64,000 bases of DNA. Origin: Vicugna vicugna (lineage: Eukaryota). The translations under genes were made by a program, and so were the position numbers. The notes under the pieces are model-generated. The model worked only from the letters and a program-made list of their open reading frames with translations, was not told the DNA's origin and did no database searches. Of this stretch, positions 52,140-63,106 are shown piece after piece; positions within the stretch are counted from its first letter, which is position 1, and every line of letters begins with the position of its first letter. The DNA is taken from assembly GCA_013265495.1 (NCBI GenBank), contig MU058725.1, positions 1 through 64,000 of the forward strand, read 5' to 3'.

Positions 52140-52417
52140 CACCTCCCACCATCTGGGGTTCCAAGGAGACAAGTGAGGTGACCATCATAGAGGGCCACCC
52201 ATGCAGTTCCTCTGTGAGGCCCGAGGTGTACCTACTCCCGACATCACCTGGTTCAAGGACGAGGACCTCCTGCCTTCCGATGCTGGGGTCGTCTCCACCA
52301 GAGGCGGCCGGCAGCTGCAACTGGAGAGAGCCCGGGGCTAAGACACAGGCATCTACACCTGCAAGGCCAGCAACCCCATGGGGGATGTGGAGAAGGCCAC
52401 CAGGCTGGAGGTTTATG
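52140..52417 (+). pseudogene. HMCN2: HMCN2 pseudo-exon; frameshift ~52200; TAA at 52339-52341
   Basis: [73 protein letters not shown]|gtgagc. Confidence 0.9.
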
Positions 52418-53876
52418 GTGAGCTCCCGGGGCAGTGGTCAGTCAGCTAGGGTGGATGGTAGGAGGGACTCGGGGCCATGGTGGCCTCCAACTGTCTCCAA
52501 AGGTGGGTGAGGGGAGCGGCCAGGAGCCCGGGATAACACGATTGAGGAGTTACCCAGGGAGAAGGGTCATCTCAGCTCGTGTAACCCGCCTTAGACAGGC
52601 GAGTAGCAGACCAGGAACGGAGGGGCCTGTCTTGGGGCCCAGCCAGAGCAAGTCAGGAATCCAGGTCTCCCCGCAGTGCTCTTCAAGAAACAGCACTCAG
52701 GCCCCCATGATCATTAATAACCAACTGCTCTTAATTAATCACTTCCTGTGGTCAGACCTACTGGGGCTCTTCACACAGCACCACGGGTTACAGGGACCAG
52801 GGCCCGTGTCTCCCCACTCGTGGTTGAGCCTGGTGGGCTCTGGGGCAGGTCACCCTGCTAGGAGGTGAGGGGACCTAGTTCATACCTAGAGCATCTGACT
52901 GTGAATCGTGTGCTGCGACCCTCGGGGCTGGCCTGCCTTGAGGGGCTTGGCTCTCAGGACATGCGAAGAACTCAGAGGAAGGGCTGTGTGTGGGCAGGGA
53001 TGGGTCCAAGCAGGTGAAGTCTGAGAGGGCAGAATGCAGGCTGGTGGGGTCATCGTGGGCCCTTGTGAAGAGTCGTCTCTGGAGGTCTGGTCCCCAAGAT
53101 ACAAGATGTAAAGGGCTTGGGTGCTGGAGCCCTGGAGACCCCAAAGAGAAGTTGGGATGTGGGGGGTCTAAGGGCAACCTCTGAGGATGAGCCCAGCTGC
53201 CTGCTCAGGGATTCTTCTTCGGGGATCTGAAGTCCTCCTGGAAACTGAATGAAAAAATGCATGTGTGTGTTTTCAGTGGGGCTTGTGATGCAAACACAGT
53301 TGAGAAGCCCACCCCGTTCCCTCATCTCCCCATGTCCCCTGGCGATGGCTCTGTGGGCTCAGCAACTTGTGGGCCTTCCCCAAGGGGGAGAGAGAAGCCT
53401 CCCTCTGGCTAACCCCTGGGCCACTGCTGGCTGAGTTAGGCGCCCACATGGGTCAGGTCACCTGGGCCAGGGTCCGCCTGCTTCTTCAGGTCAGAGAGGG
53501 GCCTGTAGGAGCAGAGGCTCTGGTCTGGGGCCCAGGGGAACCCACCACTTTGAGTTCAGCGGATATCAAGACCTACTGTGTGCACATGCTGGAGACACAC
53601 AGAGACAAGCATTTTTATGATCACGAAGAGCTTGCTGGGGTAGCAGGGCATGGAGAAAAGATGCAACAGTGCATCAGAGGCGGGTACCACCAAGGGGCAG
53701 ACGAGGGAGAGAGTGCTTCCAGCCAGGGGTCTAAGGGAGGCTTCCCAGAGGGGATGATATCTGAACAGGGGTTTTAGCTAGCGGAGGGAGGAAGGAGGCA
53801 TTTCACATCGGATGATGTCAGAGAGGGGCTTCATTAGGCTGCTGGTCCCTGAGCAGCTCCCGCACCTCTTTCCTCG

Positions 53877-54166
53877 TCCCGCCCACCATTGAGGGTGCTG
53901 GCGGAGGGCCTCATGTGGTGCAGGTTGTGGCCGGGAGGTCCTTGGTGCTCGAGTGTGGGTCCAGAGGCCGCCCACCCCCACCCTCTCCTGGCACCACAAG
54001 GGGCTGCCCATGGCAGAGAGCAATGGGACGTGGGTGGAGGCAGACGGTGGCGTGCTGAGCCTGAAGAGCCTGGGGTGGGGGGTGTCCAGAGGCCTGTACA
54101 GCTGCATGGACAGCAGTCCCACTGGGGTAGGGGGGGCCATGCTGCAGTTCACTGTGGCGGTGCAAG
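53877..54166 (+). pseudogene. HMCN2: HMCN2 pseudo-exon; acceptor reads CG; 1-nt deletion ~53972; small in-frame insertions
   Basis: [67 protein letters not shown]|gtgagc. Confidence 0.88.
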
Positions 54167-54806
54167 GTGAGCTCAGGCCTGTCCCACCCGCGTCACCTGG
54201 GCTGCATGTGGAGTGGATGGAAGGTGGGGGAGAAGTGACCAGTGCTCCCTGAGTTGCATGAAACAGATGAGGACACTGAAACCTGGGCTGGGGGCCCCTT
54301 GGGGCTTGGAGGGGGCAGTGTCGGCTCTCGGGATCATGGGTCCCTGCTCCTGCCCAGGACGCTAGGTCAGGTCACCCAGGATAAAGATCATGGCTCTGCC
54401 TTCCACACGATGCTCTGGATCAGCGGGATGGACCTTTATGGAGAACTCCCTGAGGCCCAAAGCTGGGTGGTGGGCGTGGGTTCCGGGGGCAGGTGGGCGG
54501 GTCCTTCTCCTGCTTCTTCCACTCCACAGACACTTCTCAGCTACTGGTTCTGAGCTAAGGCAGGGAAGAGGCAGGTGGGACTCCTGAGCCCTGGGTCTGG
54601 CAGGAAGACAGACACCGAATAAACAGACCAAGCCTGTGGGGAGGTTGGGGACCACTCACCCGACCTTGGTAGTCGTGGAAGGCCTCCTGGAGGAGAGCCC
54701 ATTTATGGGGGACTTGGAGGGTGATGTGGGGCTTGGCCTTGCTCTGGTGGCACTGGGACTGGAATTTTCCCAGCTCCAAACACCCAGTGGTGGCACCTGC
54801 CTGCAG

Positions 54807-54903
54807 CTCCTGGTGGCTGAAGGCTTGGGCCAAGTGACCACCCTCATGGGACAGCCCCTGGAACTTCCCTGCCAGGCCTCAGGTTCCCAGGGCCTGCTAT
54901 CCA
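54807..54903 (+). pseudogene. HMCN2: HMCN2 pseudo-exon; first codons missing; 1-nt deletion ~54888
   Basis: ctgcag|[31 protein letters not shown]|gtgcgt. Confidence 0.85.
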
Positions 54904-55134
54904 GTGCGTGTTGGGTGATGGAGGCTAGAACTGGGGGGCTGAGGTGTGAGTAGAGAGGGCATACTTGTGGGGTGGATGGGGATGGGAGATGCTCCCCTTC
55001 CCAGGAGCAAAGAAAGAGGTCACGAAACCAGAGACATGAGAGCAGGAGAGATGCTGCCAGGCCCCCTGGCTTGTCTTGTTGCCCCTGCCTTCCCTGGTCT
55101 CAAGCTGACCTGTCTCCCTCCCCACACACTTTAG

Positions 55135-55304
55135 GTGGCTTCAGAATGGCCGCCCAGCTGAGGAGCTGGCTGGCGTGCAGGTGGTCTCACAGGGGACCAC
55201 ACTGCACATCAAGCATGTGGAGCTGGACCACGCAGGCTTCTTTGCCTGCCAGGCTACCACTGAGGCGGGCACTGCTGCGGCCGAGGTGGAGTTGTCTGTG
55301 CACG
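55135..55304 (+). pseudogene. HMCN2: HMCN2 pseudo-exon (frame open)
   Basis: [56 protein letters not shown]|gtgaga. Confidence 0.9.
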
Positions 55305-55949
55305 GTGAGAGGGGCCTGGGGTTCTGGGGCAGTGGTAGCTGGAGATGCTGGAGGGGTGAAGGCAGAGGGCATGGTCTTCTGTGCCTTTGTCATGCCTGGG
55401 GGATGTGGGAAGGTCATAGAGCCAGTCTTCTCTGGGCTGGACTTCAAACTTCCCAAAGAGACACAAGAGTGAGAGGGTGGTCTTAGCTGCTCACCACACT
55501 TGTCATCTGCCCAGGCCACAGACCCTCAATCCCCTCCTCAGCTTCCCCTGCTTCCATGCCCTGTTCCCCGGCACTTGCTCTATGCTGAGCGCACTGAACT
55601 TCATTCAACTCTTAACATACATCGGCTTCTTACCTTTATTTAAGCCTGCAACTGCTGTTCCCTCTGCCTCGTCCTCTTTGCTGCTTAGCTCCTCCCTATC
55701 TTTCAGCTCTGTCCTAAAACATCCCTTCCTCCAGGAAGCCCTCCTTAATTCTACCATGGTTATAATCTGCACTGCCCAGCCTCTCATGGCCATAGGCCCC
55801 CACCCACTGTATTGGGATTGCTTATTTGGTTGTTCATATCTGTGGCCCAGTTTGGGAGCTCTGAGGGTGGTTCAGAGCTTTCTCTGATGTGTTCCTGTGC
55901 CTAGTACAGTGTAGGGCACAGAGTAGATGCTTAATTCCCATACAGATAT

Positions 55950-56050
55950 CTGGATGGATGATGGATGGATGGATGATGGATGGATGATGATTGGATAGGT
56001 GATGGATAGATGATGGTTGGATGATGGATGATGGATGGATGATGGATGGG
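55950..56050. repeat. (GGAT)n microsatellite
   Basis: Direct reading; follows an L2 3' end. Confidence 0.9.
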
Positions 56051-56258
56051 AGAATTTTAAAGGGAAAGACTTGCTCTACTGGCTCCCAGACTGGGGCTCT
56101 TCCCCCAAGGCCAAGTGTCTAGTGAGCTGAGTTGGGAGAGGCTAGAGGACAGCCCTGAAAGGTCACTCCCTCACTCCCAGGCATTGAGGAGGTTTGTGAG
56201 TGCCCACTACACCCCTCCTGACCCTCACCAGGCCCTCCTTACCTCTTCCTCTGCCCAG

Positions 56259-56413
56259 AGCTCCCATTGGTGGTCATCATTGGGGGTGAGAACATCACAG
56301 CCCCTTTCCTGCAGGCTGTGACCCTCCAATGTTCAGGGACTAGAGTATCTACCCCAAGCCTCTGCTGGTGGGAGGATGGGGTGGCCCTGGTGGCCTCAGG
56401 GGGGAACCTGCAG
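56259..56413 (+). pseudogene. HMCN2: HMCN2 pseudo-exon (frame open)
   Basis: [51 protein letters not shown]|gtatgt. Confidence 0.9.
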
Positions 56414-56888
56414 GTATGTGCAAGGGCTCCAGGGCTGGCGGACCAACCTGGCATAGGTGGAGGGGATGCTTTTTAGAGACCCTGTAGAGCCTGACCAGGG
56501 CCCTGGCAGCCTGGGGGGCAGGGCAAACAGAGTCCACTCCTCCTGGAAATGCTCACAGGGGTGCTGAGTCTGAGAAAAGAAGGGAATCCTTAGCCTACTT
56601 GAGGTCCCTGGTGTTTCAGCTGTCAGAGGGAGAAAGTAGGGGAAGGGGAGTATCCCCAAGATCAGAGGGATCCCCTGGAATCTGAATACATGGCTCAGAG
56701 CTCCACCCCCAGAGCCAAGCCTTTGCCCAAGACTCACTTCTCCTGCCCTGGGGTCAGCAGCAGCCTGGCCACTCGCCACGTCCCAGTGTTGCTCTGACCA
56801 CCCTCAGGTTCCAGGCTCCTGGCCCTGCCCACACCCCTGGCACACATTTGCTCCTCCTCCTCTCTGGCCTTCTCCCCCCACCCCCCAG

Positions 56889-56963
56889 ATTGAGAAGGTG
56901 GACCTGAGGGACGAAGGCATCTACACTTGTGTCACAAGAGGAACGTAGCACTCAAGGTGTTGG
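56889..56963 (+). pseudogene. HMCN2: HMCN2 pseudo-exon; ~22-nt frameshifting deletion
   Basis: IEKVDLRDEGIYTCV/KRNVALKVL|gttagg; the ATNLAGES-type segment is absent. Confidence 0.88.
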
Positions 56964-57526
56964 GTTAGGATATGGGCAGAGGCGGAGCCTGGGCCTGGGA
57001 TGGTGGGTGATAGGGCTTGCAGGGCTGCCATGGGGGGTCCAGGAGTGCGTGGGTTTCTAAAAGCAATGTCACGTCCTTAACTTTAGAAGTAGAAAGTCAT
57101 TTGCTCTGTGGCCCTTTCTGGTTGTTTCCTGCTGGATGGATTTTCAGAAGACAAACTTGGTCTCATTCGTACTTACCTTTGCTTGTTTTTTTCATATGGG
57201 AGGTCATGTACGTCCTTGTGTGTCTGAGCAGATCCCCGTTCTTGTCACTCTTCATGGCTGCCTGGGATCCACCTCCCTGCTGTGCTGATGTCAGTTCCTG
57301 GGGGTCAGGCACCAGGGCCATCCCTGTAGTATGGCTGCCAAGCAGGTTGCCTCCCAGTGCCTTGCACTTGGGTCAGGAGCGAGGTTTCCTGGTCAGTGGA
57401 CTTGAGCTGTTTTGGAGACTTGTTGTCCAGCCCCTTTGGGAAGGCGAGGGAGGGGCGTTGGGGATGGCTGAGATGAGCCACCCAGAGCCTGCACCCACCA
57501 AGCCAGGGCTTTCCTTGTCTCCCCAG

Positions 57527-57621
57527 TGTTCCCCAACATCGAGCTGGAGCCGGTCAACAAGGCAGTGCTGGGAATGCCTCCATAAACTTGGAGTGTCTGG
57601 ATTCAGGCATGCCTTCTCCTG
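57527..57621 (+). pseudogene. HMCN2: HMCN2 pseudo-exon; 1-nt deletion
   Basis: FPNIELEPVNKAVL/NASINLECLDSGMPSP|gtaaga. Confidence 0.87.
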
Positions 57622-58494
57622 GTAAGACCCCTCCTCTGGGCTGCAAGCCGCCTCCAGCCAGCCCCAGTTCCCTGTCTAAAGAGGCCCACCAGTGCCCCAG
57701 GCACCGCTCTGGCTGTGCCCCAAACAGGATGGAACTACTGGGCCCACCCCCTTGTTCCTCTCTTCCTTCTCACCAGCTGTTTATCCAGTGCCCATTAAGT
57801 GCCAGTCCCCACTTTGCAGTGGTGCCTGGAACAAACCTGCAGGTTTCTACTGACTTTGCAGCTTTGCATGGCTTCCCCGGGGCTGGTGAGAACCAGAAGC
57901 TCTGTCTGAATTGCCATTTGTCTGGGCCTCTGCTCTGGACCAGCAGTTGAAGAAAGGGCTGGGAGATGGGGTGAGTGTTCAGCAGACAGAATGAGCCCAA
58001 GAAGAGGATCCATTTCCTGTCGCCCAAGTGAACCACGTCTACCCTGCTTTGTCTGGGGCATTGAGCCCTGGAGTTATTTGCCTCTCCCTTGGGGGAACCC
58101 TATTCTGGGACAGGTCCTGGCAGGATGTAAGGAGGTGAAGATACAATCGGTCCAAACTTCTGAGGCTGCTGTCTTGGGTGCACTGAGTCCTCCTCTAAAG
58201 CTGGTGATCAAGAATGGTCTCCTGGCAGGGGGAGGAAATGAGGGGGTGGGGTTGGCTTTGACTCTCCTTGCTCCTGGCTACCCCAGGCTGCATCTCCCTC
58301 TGCCTTGGGTTCCATCTCAGACAACACTGCCGTGTTTTGCCCCCGCCCCACTTCCTGGAGAACACTGGCTTCCTCCAGTGCCTGAAATAGTGGCACACCA
58401 TGTGGCCACCCTGGAAGTCTCTCTCAGATGCCCATGACACCAGCACGGTCTGAAGGGCTGGCAGGGTCCCTAGCATCAATCCTCTCTTCTCCAG

Positions 58495-58671
58495 ATATCT
58501 CCTGGTTCAAGGGCCACCAGCCTGTCTCTGCCCGGAAGGAAGTGACGGTGTCAGCTGATGGAAGAGCTCTCCGTATTGAGCAAGCCTGATTTTCTGATGC
58601 TGGAAGCTACCACTGTGTGGTAGCCAATGTGGCAGGCAGCCCAGAACTGCAGTATGGCCTACGGGTCAATG
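58495..58671 (+). pseudogene. HMCN2: HMCN2 pseudo-exon; TGA at 58587-58589
   Basis: [57 protein letters not shown]|gtgacc. Confidence 0.9.
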
Positions 58672-58717
58672 GTGACCTGACCTATAACTAAAAGGAGCCT
58701 TGTCTGAAAAGTTGTCT

Positions 58718-59035
58718 TCCATCCACTTTTCCATTAGTCTATTCATCCATCTGTCATCCATCCTTTCTTTCTTCCACCCATCATCCATCATCCATTCATC
58801 CATCCTTCTTTCATTTATCTTTCCTTCCTTCCATCCATCATATATCCACCCATCCTTCTATCCATTCTTCCATCTATGCATGGAAACACCTACCTGCCCA
58901 TCCATTGATCCAACCATCCATCCAATCCCCTGCCTATCCATCCAGCCACCCATCTAACCATCCAGTTGTCCATCTACCCAACCATCCATCTATTCAAACA
59001 TTCATTCCTCCCTCTATCCATCTTCCATCCAACCA
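58718..59035. repeat. Degenerate (ATCC)n microsatellite
   Basis: Direct reading; precedes the minus-strand L2 end tttattgagcac. Confidence 0.85.
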
Positions 59036-59050
59036 AATTTATTGAGCACA

Positions 59051-59546
59051 ACAGACCCTGGAGACATTGCTTGTTCATTTCCAGAGCACCACAATAAAGC
59101 AAATAGCACAATTAAGCAAGTCACGTGAATTTTTTGGTTTCCCTGTGAATATGAATGTTATACTTACATTGTACTGTAGTCTAGTAAGTGTGCTGTAGCA
59201 TTATGTCTAAAAAAAAACAATGTACATACCTTAATTTAAAATATTTTATTGCTAAAAAATGCTAACCATCATTTGAGCCTTTGGTAAGTTGTAGTAGTAA
59301 GAGCAGAGACCACTGATCACAGATCACCATGACAAATATAACAATAATGAAAAAGTTTGAAATATTGTGAGAATTACCACAATGTGACACGGAGATCAGA
59401 AGTAAGCAAATGCTGTTAGAAAAATGGTACCAACAGACTTGCTCAGCGTGGGGTTGCCACAAACCTTCAGTTTGTAAAAAAAAAAAAAACTACTCAACAT
59501 CTGCAAAGTGCAGTAGAGTGAAGCCCAGGATGACGAGTTGTGCCCG
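59051..59546 (-). mobile_element. Tigger1-derived non-autonomous DNA transposon, inserted in an L2 remnant
   Basis: caccacaataaagcaaatagcacaattaagcaagtcac and gggttgccacaaaccttcagtttgtaaaaa match the two Tigger1 ends. Confidence 0.85.
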
Positions 59547-60362
59547 TATGTGTCCTGGGCCGACCCTGGGGCTGCAGCCCTGAACCAGACAGACCTGGGA
59601 GCTGTCAGTCTAGTCAAGGATACAGTAACTGGACACTTACCCAAGTGCTGTTTCATGACTGCAGTGATAAGACCTAGGAAAGGTGAGTGCCTGGAACTGG
59701 GGCACTGACCTGGCCTGGGGAGTCCCGGGTGGCATCTGTGAGAGCTGGATAGCTAAATGGAGACCACCTGCCAAGCCCTGAGGCTGTAGAGAATTTGAGA
59801 AACTGAAAGGAAGCCAGGCTCCTGGAGCTAACAGAACCGTGAGAGGAGGGGCCAGGTGTGCTGGTGTCCAGATGCAGCTGGAGAGATCGGGTCTGTATCC
59901 TAAGAGAAGAGGGTAGCTGGACACGAGGCTGGGCCCTGAGCATCATGGCTCAGGCCTCCCAGATGCAACTGAATCTTCTGGCCATTTTCTGCCCAAGACT
60001 GGGCACCTGTTGGCTGATACCTCTGAGGTGGGAAACAAAACCTGCCCGGGGATCCCTAAGCCTTGTTACCCTGCACCATGCTCATGGTAATGACCTCATG
60101 CTGACCAGAGGCCCAAGATCAAGTGCTGCTTCTGCCAGCTCCTAGCTGGTCAACCTTGGGCAGGTGACTTGCTCTCTCCAAGCCTTAGTTTTCTATCTGT
60201 GGAAGCCTCATGGAGTTAGAAAGATGAAATGAGAACTGTGGAGTGGTGTGCCCTACGCTCTTGTGTGTGGCTGTGTGCTCCTGTGGTGGTGCCCAGCCAG
60301 GGGCCCTCCCTGCTTCACCCTGGGGGGCCCAGCCTGTGCCCTGTGTTGCCCTGGCTTTGCAG

Positions 60363-60520
60363 TGGCTCTGTGCATCACACTGCCGCCCAGCCTTCCATGC
60401 GCCGTGCTGCACCACACCCCGATTCGGCTGACCTGCAATGCCACCAGAGTCCCCAGCCCCATGCTGATGTGGCTGAAGGATGGAAACCCTGTGTCCACTG
60501 CAGGGACATCCAGCCTCCAG
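60363..60520 (+). pseudogene. HMCN2: HMCN2 pseudo-exon (frame open)
   Basis: [52 protein letters not shown]|gtcagt. Confidence 0.9.
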
Positions 60521-60665
60521 GTCAGTAGTGCTGGGTGGTCTCGGCTCACCTCCCTGGTGCCCAAGCAGGTGCTGGGGGCAGAGGTCAGAGTCTGGGAGCG
60601 CCGAGGTGTGAAGGAAGTGCTGATGGCTCAGAAGGGTTGGCTGGAGCTTCTAAACAGAGTCTAGA

Positions 60666-60965
60666 GCCAGATGGTCTCTAGAAACAACGGGCGCCAACCT
60701 GAGCCAAACACGGAATTGTAAATTTCCTGGTAGTTGTGCTAAGATGCATAAAAAGAAACAGGCGAAACCAATTTTAATCATACAGTTTAGTTAACACAAT
60801 ATACCCAAAAAGGATCATTTCATCATGTGATCATTATAGAAAATTATTAACTAGACATGTCACATTCTTCTTTTTGTACAAACTCTTTGAAATCTGTTGT
60901 GCTTCTTACACTCGGGGACCAGCCTGGTTTCAAAAGGTCCCCAGCCACAGCCCTGCTCCTGGGAA
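60666..60965 (+). mobile_element. MER33-like hAT-Charlie MITE
   Basis: aaaaagaaacaggcgaaaccaattttaat..cacaatatacccaaaa..tgaaatctgttgtgcttcttacact. Confidence 0.7.
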
Positions 60966-61149
60966 CTCATTCTGAGATCCAATGCAATTGACCATCAGTG
61001 GCAAAGGTCCTGAGGTCTGGGTACAGCTCCCAGCTCCCCTGCATTGTGGGGGGTTCTGGGGGTCTGAGGCAGGCTGCCCAGTTGTGCCGGGCAGCAGGGC
61101 CAGCTTGTGAAGTTGCATGACCTCATGTGGGCTTCCTTCTGGGACACAG

Positions 61150-61272
61150 GTCTTCCCTGGGGCTGGGTCCTCACGCTGGCCAGTGTCTGGGCCTCGGACT
61201 CAGGCAACTACTCCTGCGTGGCTGTGAGTTCAGTGGTCGAGGATCACCGGGACATCATATGGAATGTCAACC
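61150..61272 (+). pseudogene. HMCN2: HMCN2 pseudo-exon; 1-nt deletion in G run
   Basis: [40 protein letters not shown]|gtgagt. Confidence 0.88.
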
Positions 61273-62625
61273 GTGAGTGTCAGGCCCTGGAGGATGCCAG
61301 GTCCAGGCCAGCAACTTAATAACATGGATCTAGGGCATCCCCAGCCACATCCAAAGTGGGAGGGTGCAGCTGGGTCTGGGACGTCTGGCCTGAGACTGTG
61401 GCTGCCTTCATGTAGGAGTCAGTTGGACCTCCAGAGCCCTGTCGTAGAGTGTGAACTCCCTCATCATGGACAGGTGGGCAGGTGGGCAGGTGGGCCACCC
61501 AGCTCAGCCAGAAGCTCTGTATTCAGGGAGCAGGATGTAGCAGGAGGAGCACAAGGCCAAGAGTCAGGGGGCCAGACAATCTCACTGTCCTGGGTCAAAT
61601 GGGGGTAACCATCTGTTTGGGGGAAGGCAGTATGGGGTGGTGGTTAGGAACACCGGCTCTCTAGTGCCGCAGACCTGAATTCAAATCCTGCCTCACAACT
61701 TTCTAGCTCCATGACCTCGGGCAGGTTGCTTTGCTTCTCTGAGCCTCCATTTCCTCATCCATTAAATGGGGATGAGATAGCACCCATCTTAGAAGGTGTC
61801 ATGGGATTCACTAAGTTCATGAAACACCCAGTTATAGTTGCTATTACTGAAAAATTTCCTCATCAGGGACTTTGTGGGGATTTGTGGAGAAAAACATGAG
61901 AATTCTGGCAAATGCAGAGCCTTGGGCAGGAGGCGTGAGGTAGTATCTGGTTCTAGTTCTTTCCCTTTGCTGGAGTCAAGATAATAGATATTCTGTGCTG
62001 GGCACTCAACTGTGTCATTATGTTTAATCTCACGTGGCCCCACAAGCTAGGCCCCATTTGACAGAAGAGGAAACTTCTGAGAGGCTGAGTAAGGTCTCCA
62101 GGGCCTCACAGTGTGACCAAGGATAGCTTGCAGGGCTTCAACCCAGGAGCACTGACTCCGGACCCTGCCTTCTTAACTCCGACACTGTACTGGTTGATTT
62201 GGCCACAGGGAAGAAGGTGGTTCTGGGATCTGATTTTTTAAAACTTAAAAAAAATACATTAATTAAAAAATTTTTTAAAGATATTGTAAATTAACATACA
62301 GTTGTAAGAAATGAAACAGAGAGATCCTAGGTCCCCTTTCATCAGTGGTAACATCTGGTACAACTAAAGTACACAGTCGTATTCGGGACATTGTTGTTGT
62401 TATAATCCACCATCCTATTCAGGTTTGGGGGCGTCCTCTGAAGGTCGTTGAGGGGACAACAAGAAGGCGCAGCTCAAGGGGTGGCCCCCATCCTAGTGAT
62501 GATGTCCCATCCCCTGGTGTTGGCTCCTGGCTGCTGGAAAGGGCGGACCTGACCCAGGTTGTGGCCCTGTCCTGCCAGCCCCATTCACGTGCCTGACACA
62601 GCCCCTCTCCTGCCCCCTCCTGCAG

Positions 62626-62802
62626 TGCCCCCAAGCATCCTTGGAGAATAGCTGAATGTGTCCATCATGGCCATGAGTCAGTGGCCATGGAATTCCTGAG
62701 GCACACATGCCCTCTCCTGTGCTGAGCTGGCAGAAGGACGGCCACCCCCCCGGAGCCTCAGCTGGGTGTCTGCCTGTCCACATCAAGGCCTTGCTGGAGG
62801 TG
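62626..62802 (+). pseudogene. HMCN2: HMCN2 pseudo-exon; TAG at 62649-62651, further indels, 3' part missing
   Basis: PPSILGE*LNVSIMA..MPSPVLSWQKDGHP..KALLEV then similarity ends; no DAGxYxC half. Confidence 0.83.
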
Positions 62803-62986
62803 TGTGGCCCATGAGGTCCCCACCTGCCCCGTCAGGCTGGCTCTCAAGCCCTGGGTTGGGGTGGAATGCTGTCTTGGATGGGTCCCCGAATACAGCCCTC
62901 CTCCACCTCACCTTCTCCTGTGGGGTCCCTTTCTTATACCAGCTCAAATCTTCCTGCCCCCTCATCTTCTCTTTGCTTTTACTCAG

Positions 62987-63106
62987 TCCCTCCAGTGTTC
63001 CCCTCATGGGAGCCCTGCACCCTGACTGTGACTGAGGGGCACCCTGCCAGGCTGTCCTGAGAATGTCAGGGCATCCCCTTCAACAAGATCTCCTGGAGGA
63101 AGGATG
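62987..63106 (+). pseudogene. HMCN2: HMCN2 pseudo-exon; Cys codon replaced by TGA at 63058-63060
   Basis: PPVFPSWEPCTLTVTEGHPARLS*ECQGIPFNKISWRKD|gtagga. Confidence 0.88.

Larger units (their letters stand above)
16581..63106 (+). pseudogene. HMCN2: Hemicentin-2 pseudogene (unprocessed, intron-containing; 31 exons encoding tandem Ig I-set domains; probably continues beyond the window)
   Basis: Exon translations ([102 protein letters not shown]) are collinear with human HMCN2 as I recall it; GT-AG boundaries; many stops and frameshifts. Confidence 0.93.

Noticed and set aside
16688..63060. Programmed readthrough or selenocysteine recoding of the stops
   Set aside because: The stops are a mix of TAG, TAA and TGA and co-occur with frameshifts; there is no recoding signal.
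16581..63106. Identification as HMCN1, or as an intact gene hidden by sequencing errors
   Set aside because: The peptides and compact GC-rich introns fit HMCN2. Stops, Cys losses, multi-base deletions and missing exons are not explained by indel error alone.
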